Positions 13,601 through 27,299 of a DNA stretch of 64,000 bases are shown here, piece by piece; within the stretch, counting starts at the first letter, position 1, and every line of letters begins with the position of its first letter. The translations under genes and the position numbers were made by a program. This DNA comes from Euprymna scolopes. Its lineage: Eukaryota. A model generated the notes under the pieces. The model did not search any database and was not told where the DNA came from. It saw nothing but the letters and a program-made list of their open reading frames with translations. The stretch is taken from NCBI GenBank assembly GCA_053919585.1, contig CM132801.1. One strand, given 5' to 3'.

Positions 13601-14538
13601 GCATCACACCTTGTTTGAATTTGAGGTGTCGAGTGGTATTTCTTTTTGATAACAAAACTTTTGCTTACTAGCTTGATTCTTTCACCAAAATATCACATTT
13701 GAATTTAAAACTACATAAAAGATCCCCAATTGTTTCGATGAAATTTCATTTACAAATAAATATGCACGAGTAATGGAGTGGAAAGATCTACCTAAAAAGA
13801 ATGAAAAATAAAGAATCAAGCAAAAAGTTAATGGGGCAGGTTAGTAAGGCCCTCTCAACCCTTTGCTAAGTGTCAGACCTTTCACAGCTTTCCAGATCAA
13901 CCAGAAACAAGCATGGCACAGAAACACATTCTAGAACAAAAGTCAGCTTTACTATTTGATCTTGTTCCCTCTCCTAAAATCCTGCCAATTCTCACCAGTT
14001 TACCTTATCCTTCCCAGCATATGCAGAAAAATCTCCATTCATAAATGCCAGCTTCAACTTTGCTTCTATTTTGCCTGTGTCCAGTTGATTATCATTTCTT
14101 AATTGGACATATAGGGACAAAGCTACTCTTTTTGGGAATAGTGGGTAAAAAATGGCAATATTTGACATCTGTGGCAGCTTTATATTCAGCTTTATCTTCG
14201 ACAAGCTTTTTATCAAATCACTTTTACCATTAAAAAATTTTACCTTGCTGCTGTTCAAACTTTTTCTGTCATCTTGCCGGGGTTCTAAAAGAGCGAAAAT
14301 AGCTTATAGCTTTTACTTTTTTATAATACATTAACTTCTGTCGCACGACTTCACTTCTCTCTGTTTGCCTCTCCTACACGTCTCTTACTCAACCTCCTCC
14401 CTCCACAGCTAACAGTAATTTTGTCACTTTCAAAGATTCTGTACTGTCATACTGATCATAATTAGTCAGAGGGTTGATGAGGGAACACTCTCATCTCTTC
14501 CTTTGAACATTTTGCTTATCATATACTCTTTCAGAAGT
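10620..14538 (-). mobile_element. Degenerate Ty3/gypsy LTR retrotransposon (gag with zinc knuckles, RT, RNase H, integrase)
   Basis: Diverged direct repeats at ~10620-10836 and ~14305-14538. The minus strand gives a gag-like ORF (13992-14258), CFNC../CYRY..GHF knuckles (~13320-13385), an RT segment like TYCLTRLGFGLNI (~12490-12530), WTKLAIDVAH..YPSMVD (~11795-11860) and SGNRIMEQNHWTIKAIVERG (~11595-11660). Confidence 0.75.
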
Positions 14539-14837
14539 TTTATTTTGTTGTGTTTTTTTTATTTTTAATTATATTTAATCTACAATTAAATGGATTGTGT
14601 ATAATATATATACAATGAAAATGTGTGTTTGAAATAATGCAGAATGGCATTTTAAATATTCCCCTAAATTTAATGTTAACCAGAATTTTTACGTGTACAA
14701 TCTTTACAAAATCTAAAAAAATATTAAAGGTGTTTTTTTTTCAATAAACAGCGAATGTGAAATACTTGTTTATCCGTACAGATTTGTAACAAATGTTTAC
14801 GTTTTTACTGCTTAAAATGAATAATATAACAAAAGTT

Positions 14838-15590
14838 GGTACATTTTTACATCAGGTCCACCTCCACAATTTTCTTTAAAATGACAACTTTTATAGATTT
14901 TCGACTATGCTGAATAAGAAAATTCCATTTAAATTTTGCAGAGACAAGTAGTTATCGCAATATAAAGACCTGTATTATGCACTGTAATTCACTGGCTGCC
15001 ATGTTTGTGCACGCACAATAAACAAATCTACTTCTCTGCAACCAACACTGCCATTTAGCGGAAAATTTTTTTTTTCTTTGTTTTTGTTTTTCTTTGTTTT
15101 TGTTTTTTTTTACAACTGAAAAATTTGTAATGGGCATGCATGTAAAACAAAACAATTACAACTTTTTTTACTTCCTTGAGTAATTTCATGTTAAGAACAG
15201 CTTTCCGAATAAACACCCACAACAACTCTCACAATAGACACCCCCATTGGGGGAAGGGGGTATTTATCCCAAATTTAACTCTGATATTCGTTGTCAGCAT
15301 ATCCACCTGCTAATACTATAAAAAAAAAAATATTGGTTGTGGGGGGGGGGGCAGTGTCAGTCGCAGAAAATTGGATTTGTTTCTGCTTGGTGGCAGTGTT
15401 GGTGCAAAGTAGATTTGTTTATCGCACACATGTACAAACATAGTCACCGGTGAATTACAGTGCATAATACAGGTTTTTATATCTTTGATATTTGTCACTG
15501 CAAAATTTAAATGAGATTTTCTTATTCAGCAGAGTCGAAAACCTATGTTTAAAGAAAATTATGAAAGTGAGCCTAATGTAAAAATTTACC
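14838..15590. mobile_element. MITE/non-autonomous DNA transposon with ~230-bp TIRs starting GG
   Basis: ggtacatttttacatcagg...caccaacactgcca (14838-15053) is the reverse complement of tggcagtgttggtg...cctaatgtaaaaatttacc (15391-15590). Confidence 0.8.
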
Positions 15591-15639
15591 TAAAATTCTA
15601 TTTTAAAACAATAAACCTTATTCAGAATTTGTAAATATC

Positions 15640-16095
15640 GTCGGACTAAAAAATTCTGGTGCTTGTATAGAATTTCCCTTGTATTAACAATCAAAATAAA
15701 AGGAAAATCTGCATGATGTAAGGATTCGTGCCTGAAAGAAAATATTGTACACCAAAATCTCATAAATGGATCAATGCCATCTTGAAAACAAGGGAAATAA
15801 CTCCAAATAATTCAAATGTGTAAGATTTTAGAAAGCCATTTTTAATATAGGAACATTGGAAAAATTCAAATTTGTTTTAAAATGGTTTTCGGTACTTTTG
15901 CATTACACAGACAGTGCCATTTTTTTTGCGTTTTTCACTAAACTGTCACCACATAGTGCTTTTCAACTCAATTCAAAAGTGATAAGTTAACCCAGTTCAT
16001 TCATTTCATACCATTCAAATTGTTTAATAATTTAAAAATTAAAACTATAATATATAACATATATAACTTTGTTGACCCTTCAACGGGTCCACAAA
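15640..16095 (+). mobile_element. Merlin (IS1016-like) transposase remnant
   Basis: NFVDPSTGPQ at ~16065-16094 matches the Merlin motif NFVDPxTGxHTQ. The rest is heavily decayed. Confidence 0.4.
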
Positions 16096-16425
16096 AAAAA
16101 AATAAAACTATATTTTGTTACATTGACAATTTTACTTTAATTCAAAAAATGTTTTGGAAAAAAAAAAAGTTCATTGTTGCTTTAATTCGAAAAATGTTTT
16201 ATTTAAATTATTAAATTGTTCGGAAAAAAAATCCAGTTTTACTTGAATTCAAAAAGTGTTTCAGAAAAGAATTCAATGTTTCTTTAATTCAAAAATTGTT
16301 TTATTAAAATTATATTTTCTTATGCAGATTTTCAATAAATGTTTTTACAATTATATATTGATACATTTTCATACAATAAATGTTATGGGTTTCAAATATT
16401 TTTGTGTTTGGGGGGGGGGAATCTT

Positions 16426-16797
16426 GATACTTGTACAGTTTAATCAAGACATTAAAATATATAAAAAGGTTATATTGTACATACTCGTTATGGAATGAAG
16501 TTCTCTAAAAAAAAAAAAAAAAAAAAAAGGGTTTTTCGCTGTAAAAAAATATGACCGCGAGCTGAAGTCATGTTTGAATACAGAAGACAGAGAAGCTATT
16601 ATTTAACATGGGGATTGGGGAGGGGGGGTCGGCGCTTTAGACGGAGTTATCTCCCCGTGGCGTCCCTTCCCTTCCTCGTGGTACAAAAATTCAAACATAG
16701 CTATCTTCAACTCGCTGTCATAAAAAATTTTTGCTGAAAAAGAAAAAAAAAAGTACTTGATCAAATTTAAATGTCTTGATTAAACTGTACAAGTACC
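16426..16797. mobile_element. Merlin-like MITE, copy 1
   Basis: TIRs are gatacttgtacagtttaatcaagacatt and aatgtcttgattaaactgtacaagtacc. Flanks ggaatctt/aaagtctt look like a degraded 8-bp TSD. Homologous to 20030-20482. Confidence 0.75.
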
Positions 16798-16933
16798 AAA
16801 GTCTTGTTTGTCATTTATTTGCCGAAAAGAAATTGGTGTTATCGCCCAGTTACAATGGCGCCGTCCGTGTACTGCAAAAGTGCCTGATTTTCTTTGTAAA
16901 AAGAAACTACTTGATCAATTTACAAAAATTGTT

Positions 16934-16969
<36 letters not shown>

Positions 16970-17625
16970 CCCCAGTACGTACATCATACAGATTTTACTT
17001 TATTTTTTGTTTTTAAGCTAGACGTAATTCTGAACAAACACCAAAATCGTTATTGGTCAAATCAAGTAATTATGAATAATTCAAGGGCAAGTAACCGAGT
17101 GGAAGCAATCACACTGAAAAATTACCTAAGAGGAACTCAGGATCAAGGGGAGACAATTCTCAGGATATTTTGTAGTATGTCATGAAAAATTGAATATTTA
17201 TTTTTAATTGTCATAAACCTAAAATGTTAATTCAATTATTTTCTATTTTGCGGGGTAAAAAGTATTCAATTTTTATCTAAAATAAATTAAAAAATATTCT
17301 GATGAATTTAAAAAATCTGTAAATACAGATCTCTAAGTTCTATGAAAAATGTAACTTAATTTATGAATAATGTTTTGAATTAAAATATATTCTGCGTTAT
17401 AAAGGCGATACATCCTTAATATTAATAAATAAATAGTCTAGTTGCCCCCCCCCCAAAGTTCTAGCTTCTTTTTGTTTTTTTTGTTTTTGTTTTACGTGAC
17501 AATTTTGTCGTATCAGGACAGATAACGCAATTTATTTTTAAATCCCCCAACTTTCCTATTGAAAAAAAAAACAACATAAAAATGCAGTTGGAATTTTTTA
17601 AAATTGATAAATAAATAAAGCTACT

Positions 17626-17960
17626 TAAAACATCCACTACGGAATATATTATGTACTGTGATCCAGTTTATTAAACTTTACGCTTTACAGAAAGAGTAAC
17701 TAATGCAAGGGGAATAACTAAGTTTTACAGTTATTGAAAAAATTGAAATGATGAAAACGTATATAAATTTTTAGGCGATGTTGAGTTTAAAACTAGATTT
17801 GTAATTTTCAATTTAAATAACAATGAACGATGTTTTACATTAAAAACAAAAAACGCTACGATCATTTTTAATAATAAAATAACGCAACGATATCTTCAGG
17901 GGAATTAAAATTTTTATTTAAAAACTATGAGGATAGGATCGATCAGTGACTATTTTGTTT
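17626..17960 (+). repeat. Local duplicate of 20483-20804
   Basis: Both share aaaacatccac...gaaagagtaactaatgcaaggggaataactaagttt...tgactattttgttta. Confidence 0.8.
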
Positions 17961-17970
17961 ACGTGTTCAA

Positions 17971-19142
17971 TAGGGATTGCCAAACAATTGTGAAAAATGG
18001 ACCGCATGTTTCCGTGACGTCAGATTTATGTTAACTATACGAACTATGGAAAAGCAGAAGCGACTTAATGATTTTTTTTAAACCTTTGTTTATCTTCTTC
18101 AAACTGCAATTAATAATTAATCTTTGTTATAATTTTGTTAGGTTTTAAAATTTACACAGTTTAATGATTAATAATATTATAAACATTTGTATATTAAATA
18201 TGAAATACGGTTTTACTGAATGTTCTTTTGGTTACCTATTTTGTTCGGTAAAAAGAGATAAACAAAATCTGAGGGGGGAGGGGTCTACAAAATGCTGATA
18301 TTTGTGCAATTAATTTTCAAATTGGTTTTAATCTGGCGATAAAATAGTTGACAAGAGTCGTGTTTATATTAAAACTTAATATTAAAAAAAAAAATTAAAC
18401 ACAATTAAAAAATCTATGTTGTAACGGAACATTTTGAAATAATGGAATTTTAATCGTTTTAATCTTTTAAAAATTAATCAAGGTTTACGAAGTTTCTTTT
18501 TCTTGGCAATTCAACTGATTATAGTATATATTAATTCGAAAAAGCGCTATTAAAAAAAAAACATAATAAGTTTATATCAATTTTTTAATTGCAACTTCAA
18601 GGTAAATTTTTGTTCAATATGTCTATTTAAATTTTTAAAAAATAAATATTTTTTACTTATTTGAACTCTTATGTTTCATAATAAATAGAAATTTCGATAG
18701 ATTTAAATATATTTTGTTCGAATTTCAAAGAATAAATAGGGGGGGGCACGCACTAAAAAAATATTTCCCTTCGTATATTTTACGAAAACTGGATTTTATA
18801 TGTAATTTCAATCTAAAATGGATAAGTATCGAAAATTTCACGAAAATCTGAGCATTAGTTGATTTTTGCTAGATTTATTAAATACGGATATGTTTTCACG
18901 TTCGGAATGTCTACTACATGGGAACGTTATTTTAAAGCGCCAATGATATAAACACGATTTTCGTCTCGCAATTTCATTATTTTCCTTCGGTGAAAAAATA
19001 TTTTAAAAATTATTACTGGTTTATTTTGCCCTTCTTCTTTTAAATGGTACAAAAGTTATACTGATAATATTAATTTATAATAAAGTTACATCGTGTTACA
19101 TATAGGGTGGAGTAATTCTATGGTGAATTTTGGCAGTCCCTA
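17971..19142. mobile_element. Non-autonomous hAT-like element
   Basis: TIRs are TAGGGATTGCCAAA and TTTGGCAGTCCCTA. A perfect 8-bp TSD GTGTTCAA sits at 17963-17970 and 19143-19150. Confidence 0.85.
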
Positions 19143-19165
19143 GTGTTCAAAAGTTGTTAACAGTT

Positions 19166-19504
19166 AATGTGCGCTAGAGTACAAAAAAAAAAAAAAAAAA
19201 AAATGTTGATTTTAGTGTTATTCAGGTTTTTGGACCAGTGTGTTCCCTATTGTTTTCACTGGTCACCATGTTTGTTTTGTGAGCATATTCAACTTTTGCG
19301 CATGCAAAAACAAACAACCCTGACCACCAGTAAAAACAATACAAATAACATTAGATAATAAAGATCTTAATATCATAAAAAAAAAAAAAACTACTTCTCG
19401 GTTAAAATTTTAAATGTAATATTGGTTGAAAAACAGACTTGAATACCTCTAAAGGTCAACTGTTTAAAGGGAAGTCTAGTTGGAATGGTACTCTAGCACA
19501 CATT
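19166..19504. mobile_element. MITE (second copy at ~20805-21172)
   Basis: TIRs are aatgtgcgctagagtac and gtactctagcacacatt. A highly similar copy lies about 1.6 kb downstream. Confidence 0.7.
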
Positions 19505-19539
19505 TCTTTTTTATAATAAAAGAAAATGTTAAGGAATGT

Positions 19540-20000
19540 TAAATATTGAACAAAACTTGGACAATGAAACAATGTTAATTAACACGTTAGAAAATGTACA
19601 GTTTACGGTTTGAATGTGTATATTGCCGTCATCGGGATTGATAAAGTTTTGCTTGTGGCACCAGCTGTGGTTCGTATAAGTGATGTTGATACTGTTCCGC
19701 AGCTCATCCATCCAATATTGTTGGTGTTCCTATTAATATCCATGAGTGAATTATCAGAACAATGTTTCATGATTTCTCCACTCTGTTATGATGTTGCATT
19801 TGTTAGTCTCACTATTTCAAACACACAAATGCCGTCTTGAATTCGCGCTTTGTTTTAGGTTCTCCTGAAGAAAAAAATTCATCTATTTCGACCTTCATAA
19901 CGGTTTTATCTTCAGCTGAACTCTTAAGCAATATCGACTTGTTTAAGATGTCCTATTCATCAATGACTCAGATGAATTGCATTCAATCTACTATGGTGTG
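19540..20000 (-). pseudogene. Merlin (DDE IS1595/IS1016 family) transposase remnant
   Basis: The minus strand gives VMKVEIDEFF (VEIDES motif) and NHSWCHKQNFINPDDGNIHIQTVN (like NHSxNFVxPxxGxHTQTIE), with frameshifts. Confidence 0.65.
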
Positions 20001-20029
20001 TAATGCACTTAAGTCAAAATTAAAACATC

Positions 20030-20482
20030 GGTACTTGTACAGTTTAGTCAAAAAATGAAAATATCGAAAAAAGTTTAAATTGTATGTATCCGTTATGGGA
20101 CGAAGTTCTGTGAAAAAAAAATTCACTTAATTTCATCGAGTAGCTTTTATTTTACAGCGAAAAAACAATTTGTTATGATACCGAGCAAAATGTTCGATTT
20201 TTAGGAAGAAAAGCTAGTATTAAAGATGGGGAGGGAGTGTCGGCGATTTAATTAGAGTTATCTCCCTTTGGCATTTCTAAAATTCAAACAAATTTTTTTT
20301 TCTTAATCCAAGATGGCCGCCTTCAACGCGCTCTCATAAAAACGTGTTTTTCCGCTATAAAAAAAAAGAACTATTTTATGAAATTTTTTTCGGAGAACTT
20401 CGTTCTATAACGGATACATACAATTTAAACTTTTTTTCGATATATTCATTTTTTAATGTCTTGACTAAACTGTACAAGCGCC
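20030..20482. mobile_element. Merlin-like MITE, copy 2
   Basis: Long TIRs run from GGTACTTGTACAGTTTAGTCAA to TTGACTAAACTGTACAAGCGCC. An exact 8-bp TSD AAAACATC sits at 20022-20029 and 20483-20490. Confidence 0.85.
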
Positions 20483-23400
20483 AAAACATCCACAATGGAA
20501 TATATATTGTGTACTGAAGTGATCCAGTTTAAATTTAAAATTTCGACTGTACGCTTTGCAGAAAGAGTAACTAATGCAAGGGGAATAACTAAGTTTGACT
20601 AAGCACTTCCTTTATTGAAAAAATGGAAATGTTGAAAACGTATATAATTTTTATGCGACGTTGGGTAAATTTAAAATTATATTTGTAATTTTAAATTTTA
20701 ATAACAATAAAAATATTTTTTTAATAATAAAATAACACAACGATATCTTCAGAGGAATTTAAATTTTTATTTAAAAACTATGAGAATCATTGACTATTTT
20801 GTTTAATGTGCGCTAGAGTATCAAAAAAAGTTGATTTTAGTGTTATTCAGGTTTGTTTTGAACCAATATCACATTTAAAATTGTTGCCAAGTACTTTTTT
20901 ATGATATTAAGACCTTAATTATCAAATGTGTTCCCTCTTGTTTTCACTGGTCGCCATGTTTGTTTTGTGAGCACATTCAACTTTTGTGCACACAAAAACA
21001 AACAAATCTGACCACCAGTAAAAACAATACAAATAACATTAGATAATAAAGATTTTAATATAAAAAAAAAGACTACTTGTCGGTTAAAATTTTAAATGTG
21101 ATATTGGTTGAAGAACAAAGTTGAATACCTCTAAAAGTTAATTTTTTGAAGTTAAGTCTTTAGTTGGTACTCTTTTCATGTCATTGCTCCAAGAAAACAA
21201 AAGTATAATTTCCCGCCTTATTTGCAAACTACTTCTTTCAACAAGAAAATATTCATGTAATGCTAATTACTAACAGTCACTGCATCTCTGCTGATCCCCA
21301 TCTTTAAGTTTTTTTCTTTTAGTCAAAAACCTTGGGTGTTTCACGTTTCATGTGTGCTAGAATAAATTATCAAACCCAGTAAAGCTACGAAATTGACGTT
21401 GTCTTATATTTTAGTAAAATTTAAATAAAAGTCCAGTCAAAATCTTTAATTTTGAGTGGAGTGAAGACATAGTTCACTATATATCCTTCATTGAGCTTAT
21501 GATCGACTAAATTTAATGTATTATTTATATTTGAATCCCGAAAATGATTAATGAAATAGCCAAAGCACGAAAATATTTAATTCTAATATCCAATGAAAAA
21601 CTTGTTTACTCACTTTAAATTTTAACCAAATAATTTAATATAAAATATTTTCCTAATTTAATTTTTTTAAAGTTTTGTATAAATTTTTTTAAAAAATTCA
21701 GTTTTCTAAATCGAAAATTACAAATGTAATTTTAAAACAAACTGTTTTCATTTTCCCAAAAAATCTTTAAAATCAATTGCAGTAAAAATATGTAGAGAAG
21801 TTGTCATACTAAGATAAAGAAAGTGATAATATAATCTAGATTCAATTATTTTTGCTGCTCACGTAAGACATTCAAGAATTATAAATGGGTGATTATTTGA
21901 TACCTTTCTTGTAAAAGTTAAACACAAAACTATTGCTTATAACCCGAAAATTTTTATTCAATGAAATGTTTATGAAAGTAAATACTTTGTATTTAACAAG
22001 AAGTGTTGTTGTTTGTTTTTTTTTTTAAATATTTACATACACGTAACGCATGATAAAAACGTAACTTCTATTTCTATTCTTAACAGCCAGAAAAATTCAT
22101 ATAGAAATGATACCAAAAACGAACCCTTATCATAACTCCTAATAGCTTAGCCAAATCAACCTAAAATTAAATTAAATAAATCTAGTCATTCCTTATCATA
22201 AAAAAGTTTCTGCTAAAATACTGTTTTTCCAATAAATTAGAAACAAACGTACAGTTTATACTTTGTGTGTTAACAAATAATGATTTTTTTGTGTGCGTGT
22301 GTGTGCAATTATTGCATGATTTGCATATTAGAAATTATATCTGAAATCAATTTTTTAAAAATGTTCATATATTTAAAAGAAAATATTTTGATTGCTCCAG
22401 GAAAAACGGAAAATGTCTCATTATTTTTCTTAAAACATTTTTATTATCTACAATGCATGTTTTCATTTTTCTATTCATTGTTTTTTTTTTTATGCATCTT
22501 TTTTTTTTCTCTTTTCTTCTCAAACTTTTATACAATTTTCTCATGAATTTATACATCAGTATTGCAAGAGCCATCTTGAAATTTTCCTAGCAGACTGATA
22601 TCTTTTGTTATATAATAAATTTGCTGGTAAACGAATGTTGGAGCTAAAACCTTAAAAATTCTTATAAAGATTATCCGTTCAAAATGAAAAATATTTTTAT
22701 ATGAAATAAATTAGTTTATAATTTCTCAATGCTAGAAGTTCTATGATATTCATAAAATAAGTTACTTTGATTAAATCTGTTTACAATTGATAATTGACAG
22801 TAACAGCATATTTTATATGAAACTGTATAAAACAATTCTTTTCTTTTTCTCCTAAAGAAACTGTATTCTATTGACTCTTTAGTAACCTTGTATCTAACAT
22901 GAAAAATAACCGTACTTATAATATAAAAATGAAGTAAAAAATAAAGTTACAAATATTATTTATATATATATATATATAATAGTTGTAACTATTTATTTTT
23001 ACTTCACATATACAATCTCACACACACCTGTATAGATCCTCACACATTTGGTTGAAGATGAACCAACATTGCTTAAAGTGTTTCGTAAGAATCTTTTTAT
23101 GCTATATGTGCAAGAGCTTATCAAAGCACAGGGTCGGCTTTTTTTGTGATGTCTAACTATTGCTGGACATTATATGAGCGAGTCATAGTCGTTAACTATT
23201 ACCCTATGAAATATTGCCTTAGTCGAGAAAGATGGCCTCCTCTTTGAACCGAAGAAAAAAAACCTTGACCATTATGAAAGGATCATTTTTGTTAGATGTA
23301 TATGCCATGTTGTTGGCTAAAAAATTAAAGTTAAAACATCTAAATACAACGATTGTTTTTTTTTTTTTTTCAAGATCATGTATGTCACACTCCATACAGT

Positions 23401-26400
23401 TACTTATATCCTGTTGTGCAAGACTACTCATGAATGTGCAAATTCACATCAAAATGTCAGTCCATTCAATTTCTGTATAAAAGCAAGATCGATAAATAAA
23501 GTACATGAATTATAATTAGTGATTTCTTTCAGAGATTCTTTGATAATGACTACAGGATTAGTCGAAAACCATAGAGAAACACAAACCTAAATCAAGTGTG
23601 AGACTATATACTGCTGCCTGAAAATGTTAGTCTTAGCCATATTTCTCCATATTGTATGGTGAATTCTCAAAGTTATACCATGAAAACGTTGATAGCTAAT
23701 AATTATATCAAATTAGGTTGAAATTTTGCCTGGCAATTTATTATCAAAAAGCATCGGATCTATACATGAAATTTGAAAAATTGTCAAAATTTCAACCATG
23801 GCAAAGTTTTCCTGGTCAAACGTTATTATCATATAAGATGCAGGACGTCATTGGTTACAATATGCATCAAGCAGCGAATCTGTGATGAACAGAACCGAAA
23901 TTATTGCCAAAAGTGTGGCCTAGATATTCCCAAACTAAATCAATCTTAAATTAAACCATGACTGATATTTCGACCAACTTGGTTAACATATGGTTCTTGC
24001 AATGTAGGCACTAGGCTCTACACAAACTAACGTGATGACAAAATTAAAAAAAAAACTTAACGTCCACCTTGGCAGAATAAATGAAAATATAAACCAGTTT
24101 TTGCATGGTGTACAGCTAAGTAAATCTTGCTTATTCAAACATATAAAAGACTCTTACAACACTTGCAGTAAAGCTTGTCCGTAACCTTTCAACAAAATAT
24201 GTATAAAAAAGGTTGCTGCAACAATAGCTTAACGCTAACTGGTTTTATTTGTAATCACATTTTGTGCATAGTTTTTACACAACTTGAAATTTTATGAAAA
24301 TCGATTTAATTGCCATGAGGAATTTGAATCTTTTTTTCTGCTCTTTTTATTTATTTTCTGTAAATCCTTTTTTTAAACTCCTGCATTTCATGCCTTCTTG
24401 TCCCTTCTCCTCTTTATCTATATTGTGCATTTTCTTTATTTTTACTTTAACCTATTTTACATTTTATCTTCTATTTAAAAAGAAATCTTATTGTTCCTAA
24501 TTTGCAAATTTTTGTTTAACAAAAGAAAAAAAATATGCCTGACATTTTCCAATGTTATTTTTATAAATGATGTTAACTAAAGAAAGACATTTTTTCTTTT
24601 TTTGCTTTCAGTAACAAAATTTAAAATGTCTACTGCATGTTTATTTCATTATTTGATGAATTGTACTTTTTTTTCTTTAAAAAAAAATCTTTAATAAGAC
24701 AATTTGTCTTTTAATAACTTTATAAAATTATTTGATTTCTCTTAAAATTTATCCTTTTTCTCTGAGAAAATTTTTTCTTTTATTAAATACACATATTTTT
24801 TCTCCATCAAAAGCTTAAAAAAACTTTCCAGATGTTTCGTTTTATTCTTTTTATGAAATCACTGATCAAAAAATTATAAATAAAATTAAAACTTGCATTT
24901 CATTGTTTTAGTTCTAAACTCACTTTTTATATTTCATGTTTATTTTTCTATAAATATTAACAACAAAAAAATGTTTGAAGTTTGCACTTAGTTCTATGAA
25001 AAATCATTTCCTAAATTAAATTTCTTTATAAAACACTAAAATATTTTCTGGGCATAAGTTTAGGTTCACTTATGTGAACTTTGTTAAATGTGTGATTTGA
25101 TTTTAAAAAGTAGTTTCTCTTACTTTGGCTACTTTAACTAATTTTTCTAATTTGTTTTTTTTGTTGTTGTTTTTTTTTAAGTACATATTTTTACCTATTA
25201 TTATTTTTTATCGAAAACTGCATTTGTCCTTGTCTATCTTCACTTCTCTTAAATAAATGTGTATCAACCACAAAAATGTATTGATTACATTTACCTGGAA
25301 TTTAAACTTAATAAATTAACAAATTTTGAGCTGACCTAACCAGGCTTTTTTTTTTTTTTTTTAAATCATATGTCCAATCATCACTGATTATAATTCAAAC
25401 TATTTTCAATTGATATTGTCTCCTCTTATCTCAGCAATGTATCTGCAATTATTGTTTGAATACTATATGAATAAATTTCTATTGGCTGATTTCTCCTTGA
25501 CAAAAATTGACGCCCCCGACTTACTGACACTTTCCTACCTCACAATCAAAATGCACTCTTACCCTTCCTCTGTTACAAATGTCATGCCTCTTTCTTCCTC
25601 TGCCAAACAATGTTTCGCTTTTTTCTCTTCATATTTCTGCCTACATATATTTTCGAAATTCATCTTCATGGGTCAAATGTTAATAAAGCAAACTTTCTTG
25701 AATTTTTATTATTAAAAGAAAATATTTGTTTTTTATATAACAGGGTAGATGTGAAAATTAATATTTTACTCTGGTTTAGGAGCACAATTGAACCACAATA
25801 CTTTTCACTTTTAGTTTAAAGTGACTTTCTATTCGCTAGTTTAAAGGCTTCAAAATTATTTTCAATCTACAAAGGACCATAATATAATCAGCTGTCAAAT
25901 ATCTTTTAAATTATTGATAATGGATTAAAATTGCTGACTGTGTTTACTATTGTGATCCTTCAAAATTTGAAAGTGATTTTGAAGTGTTTAAACTGACAAA
26001 CAGAAAGTAATTTCTAGCTTAAATTAAAATTGGTGGTTCACTTGTGCTGCTAAAATATGCATTTTTGCACACACCCTTATCATATGAAAAAAGCATAAAT
26101 AACTTAACGATTAAAAAAATGTACATTTTTTTTTTCCTGCTTAACAAAGTTTGTTTTTTGGGGCTTTTCCATCATGATTAATCATACTTCAGTAAGAATC
26201 TTTTAAAATTTCTCAAATCTGCTCTTGTATTTGAAGCCTTGTGCAGTGGAAAGTTTGAAATGAAGTTAAGATTTTCATTTCGTCTGATACATAATTTCTT
26301 TTCTTCCCTAAACTTGACTGTATAATCTGACATGATGATGTATTTGAGTTTAAATATTCATGATGGCTGCCAGATGATGAAAACTAAGTCTGGTTTCTTC

Positions 26401-27299
26401 TCTTGCCATTTATGTATCTTTGGTTGGTCAGAATTGATCAAATCAGCCCACTCCCGACAACTGAACCAACTTTCTCTCTCATCACTGCATTTTAGACCAC
26501 AAGCGATATCTTCCCCAACCCCCAGCACAAATTATCTTAATTTTACATTTAGTTTACTTTTATTCTTTTTTTTTTCTTTTTTTTTTTTTCTTTTTTTAAA
26601 TATTTTCCTAGTTAATTGGATTTTCTGTCCTCATGCCATTTCTCTCACGCCTTTTATATTTGTTTTATTTATTTTATTAAATTATTTTTTAAGAAATGAT
26701 AAAAAAAAATCCTACTGCACATTGATTTGAATGCCTTTGGATAATTTTTGCTCTGCCAATCACCAATTAAGTTCCAGCTCTAAAATTACTGCACATTTTA
26801 TTTTTTATATTATTATTAGTTGTAGAATATTGAACTATTAAGATAAATTGTTGCCATATATTTATCTTGAGCTACACAGTAATTTAAAAAAAAAAAAAAA
26901 AGTAAACCACCTTTCTGCTGATAACCTTGATATTGATTCTTAATGTTTTTTTTTTGTTTTTTTTGTTGAAAAAAATCATTGTCATTGATTTTGCAGCCTT
27001 AATTCGTGGAGGCCAGTGAAATGCTGACATTCTTTAAAAAAAAAAATAAATAAAATAATTGGTCACTGCATATATTAAGATGCATGTGAAGCTAATCAAA
27101 AGTGCCATTCTCCTAGGTGTAATATATTGAAGCAAAAGCTGAAATTAAGAGAATGCGCATAGTGTTCATCTCATACTTTTATTAGCTGCTCGTTCATACA
27201 TACAAATACTATAGTCATGGTTGCAAAGAGGGAGACAGCTCTTTCTTATCTCAAACATAACATTTTTGAAGAGTTCTGTAATATGAAAACGATAACTTA

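Noticed and set aside
18015-18022. Palindromic CRE TGACGTCA
   Set aside because: A single 8-mer inside a hAT insertion, with no evidence of function.
23200-24250. Possible decayed transposase
   Set aside because: It has coding-like texture, but I could not assign any motif to a family.
25490-26545. CT-rich patches as further tomosyn exons
   Set aside because: No acceptor-donor pair gives an open frame in the required phase.
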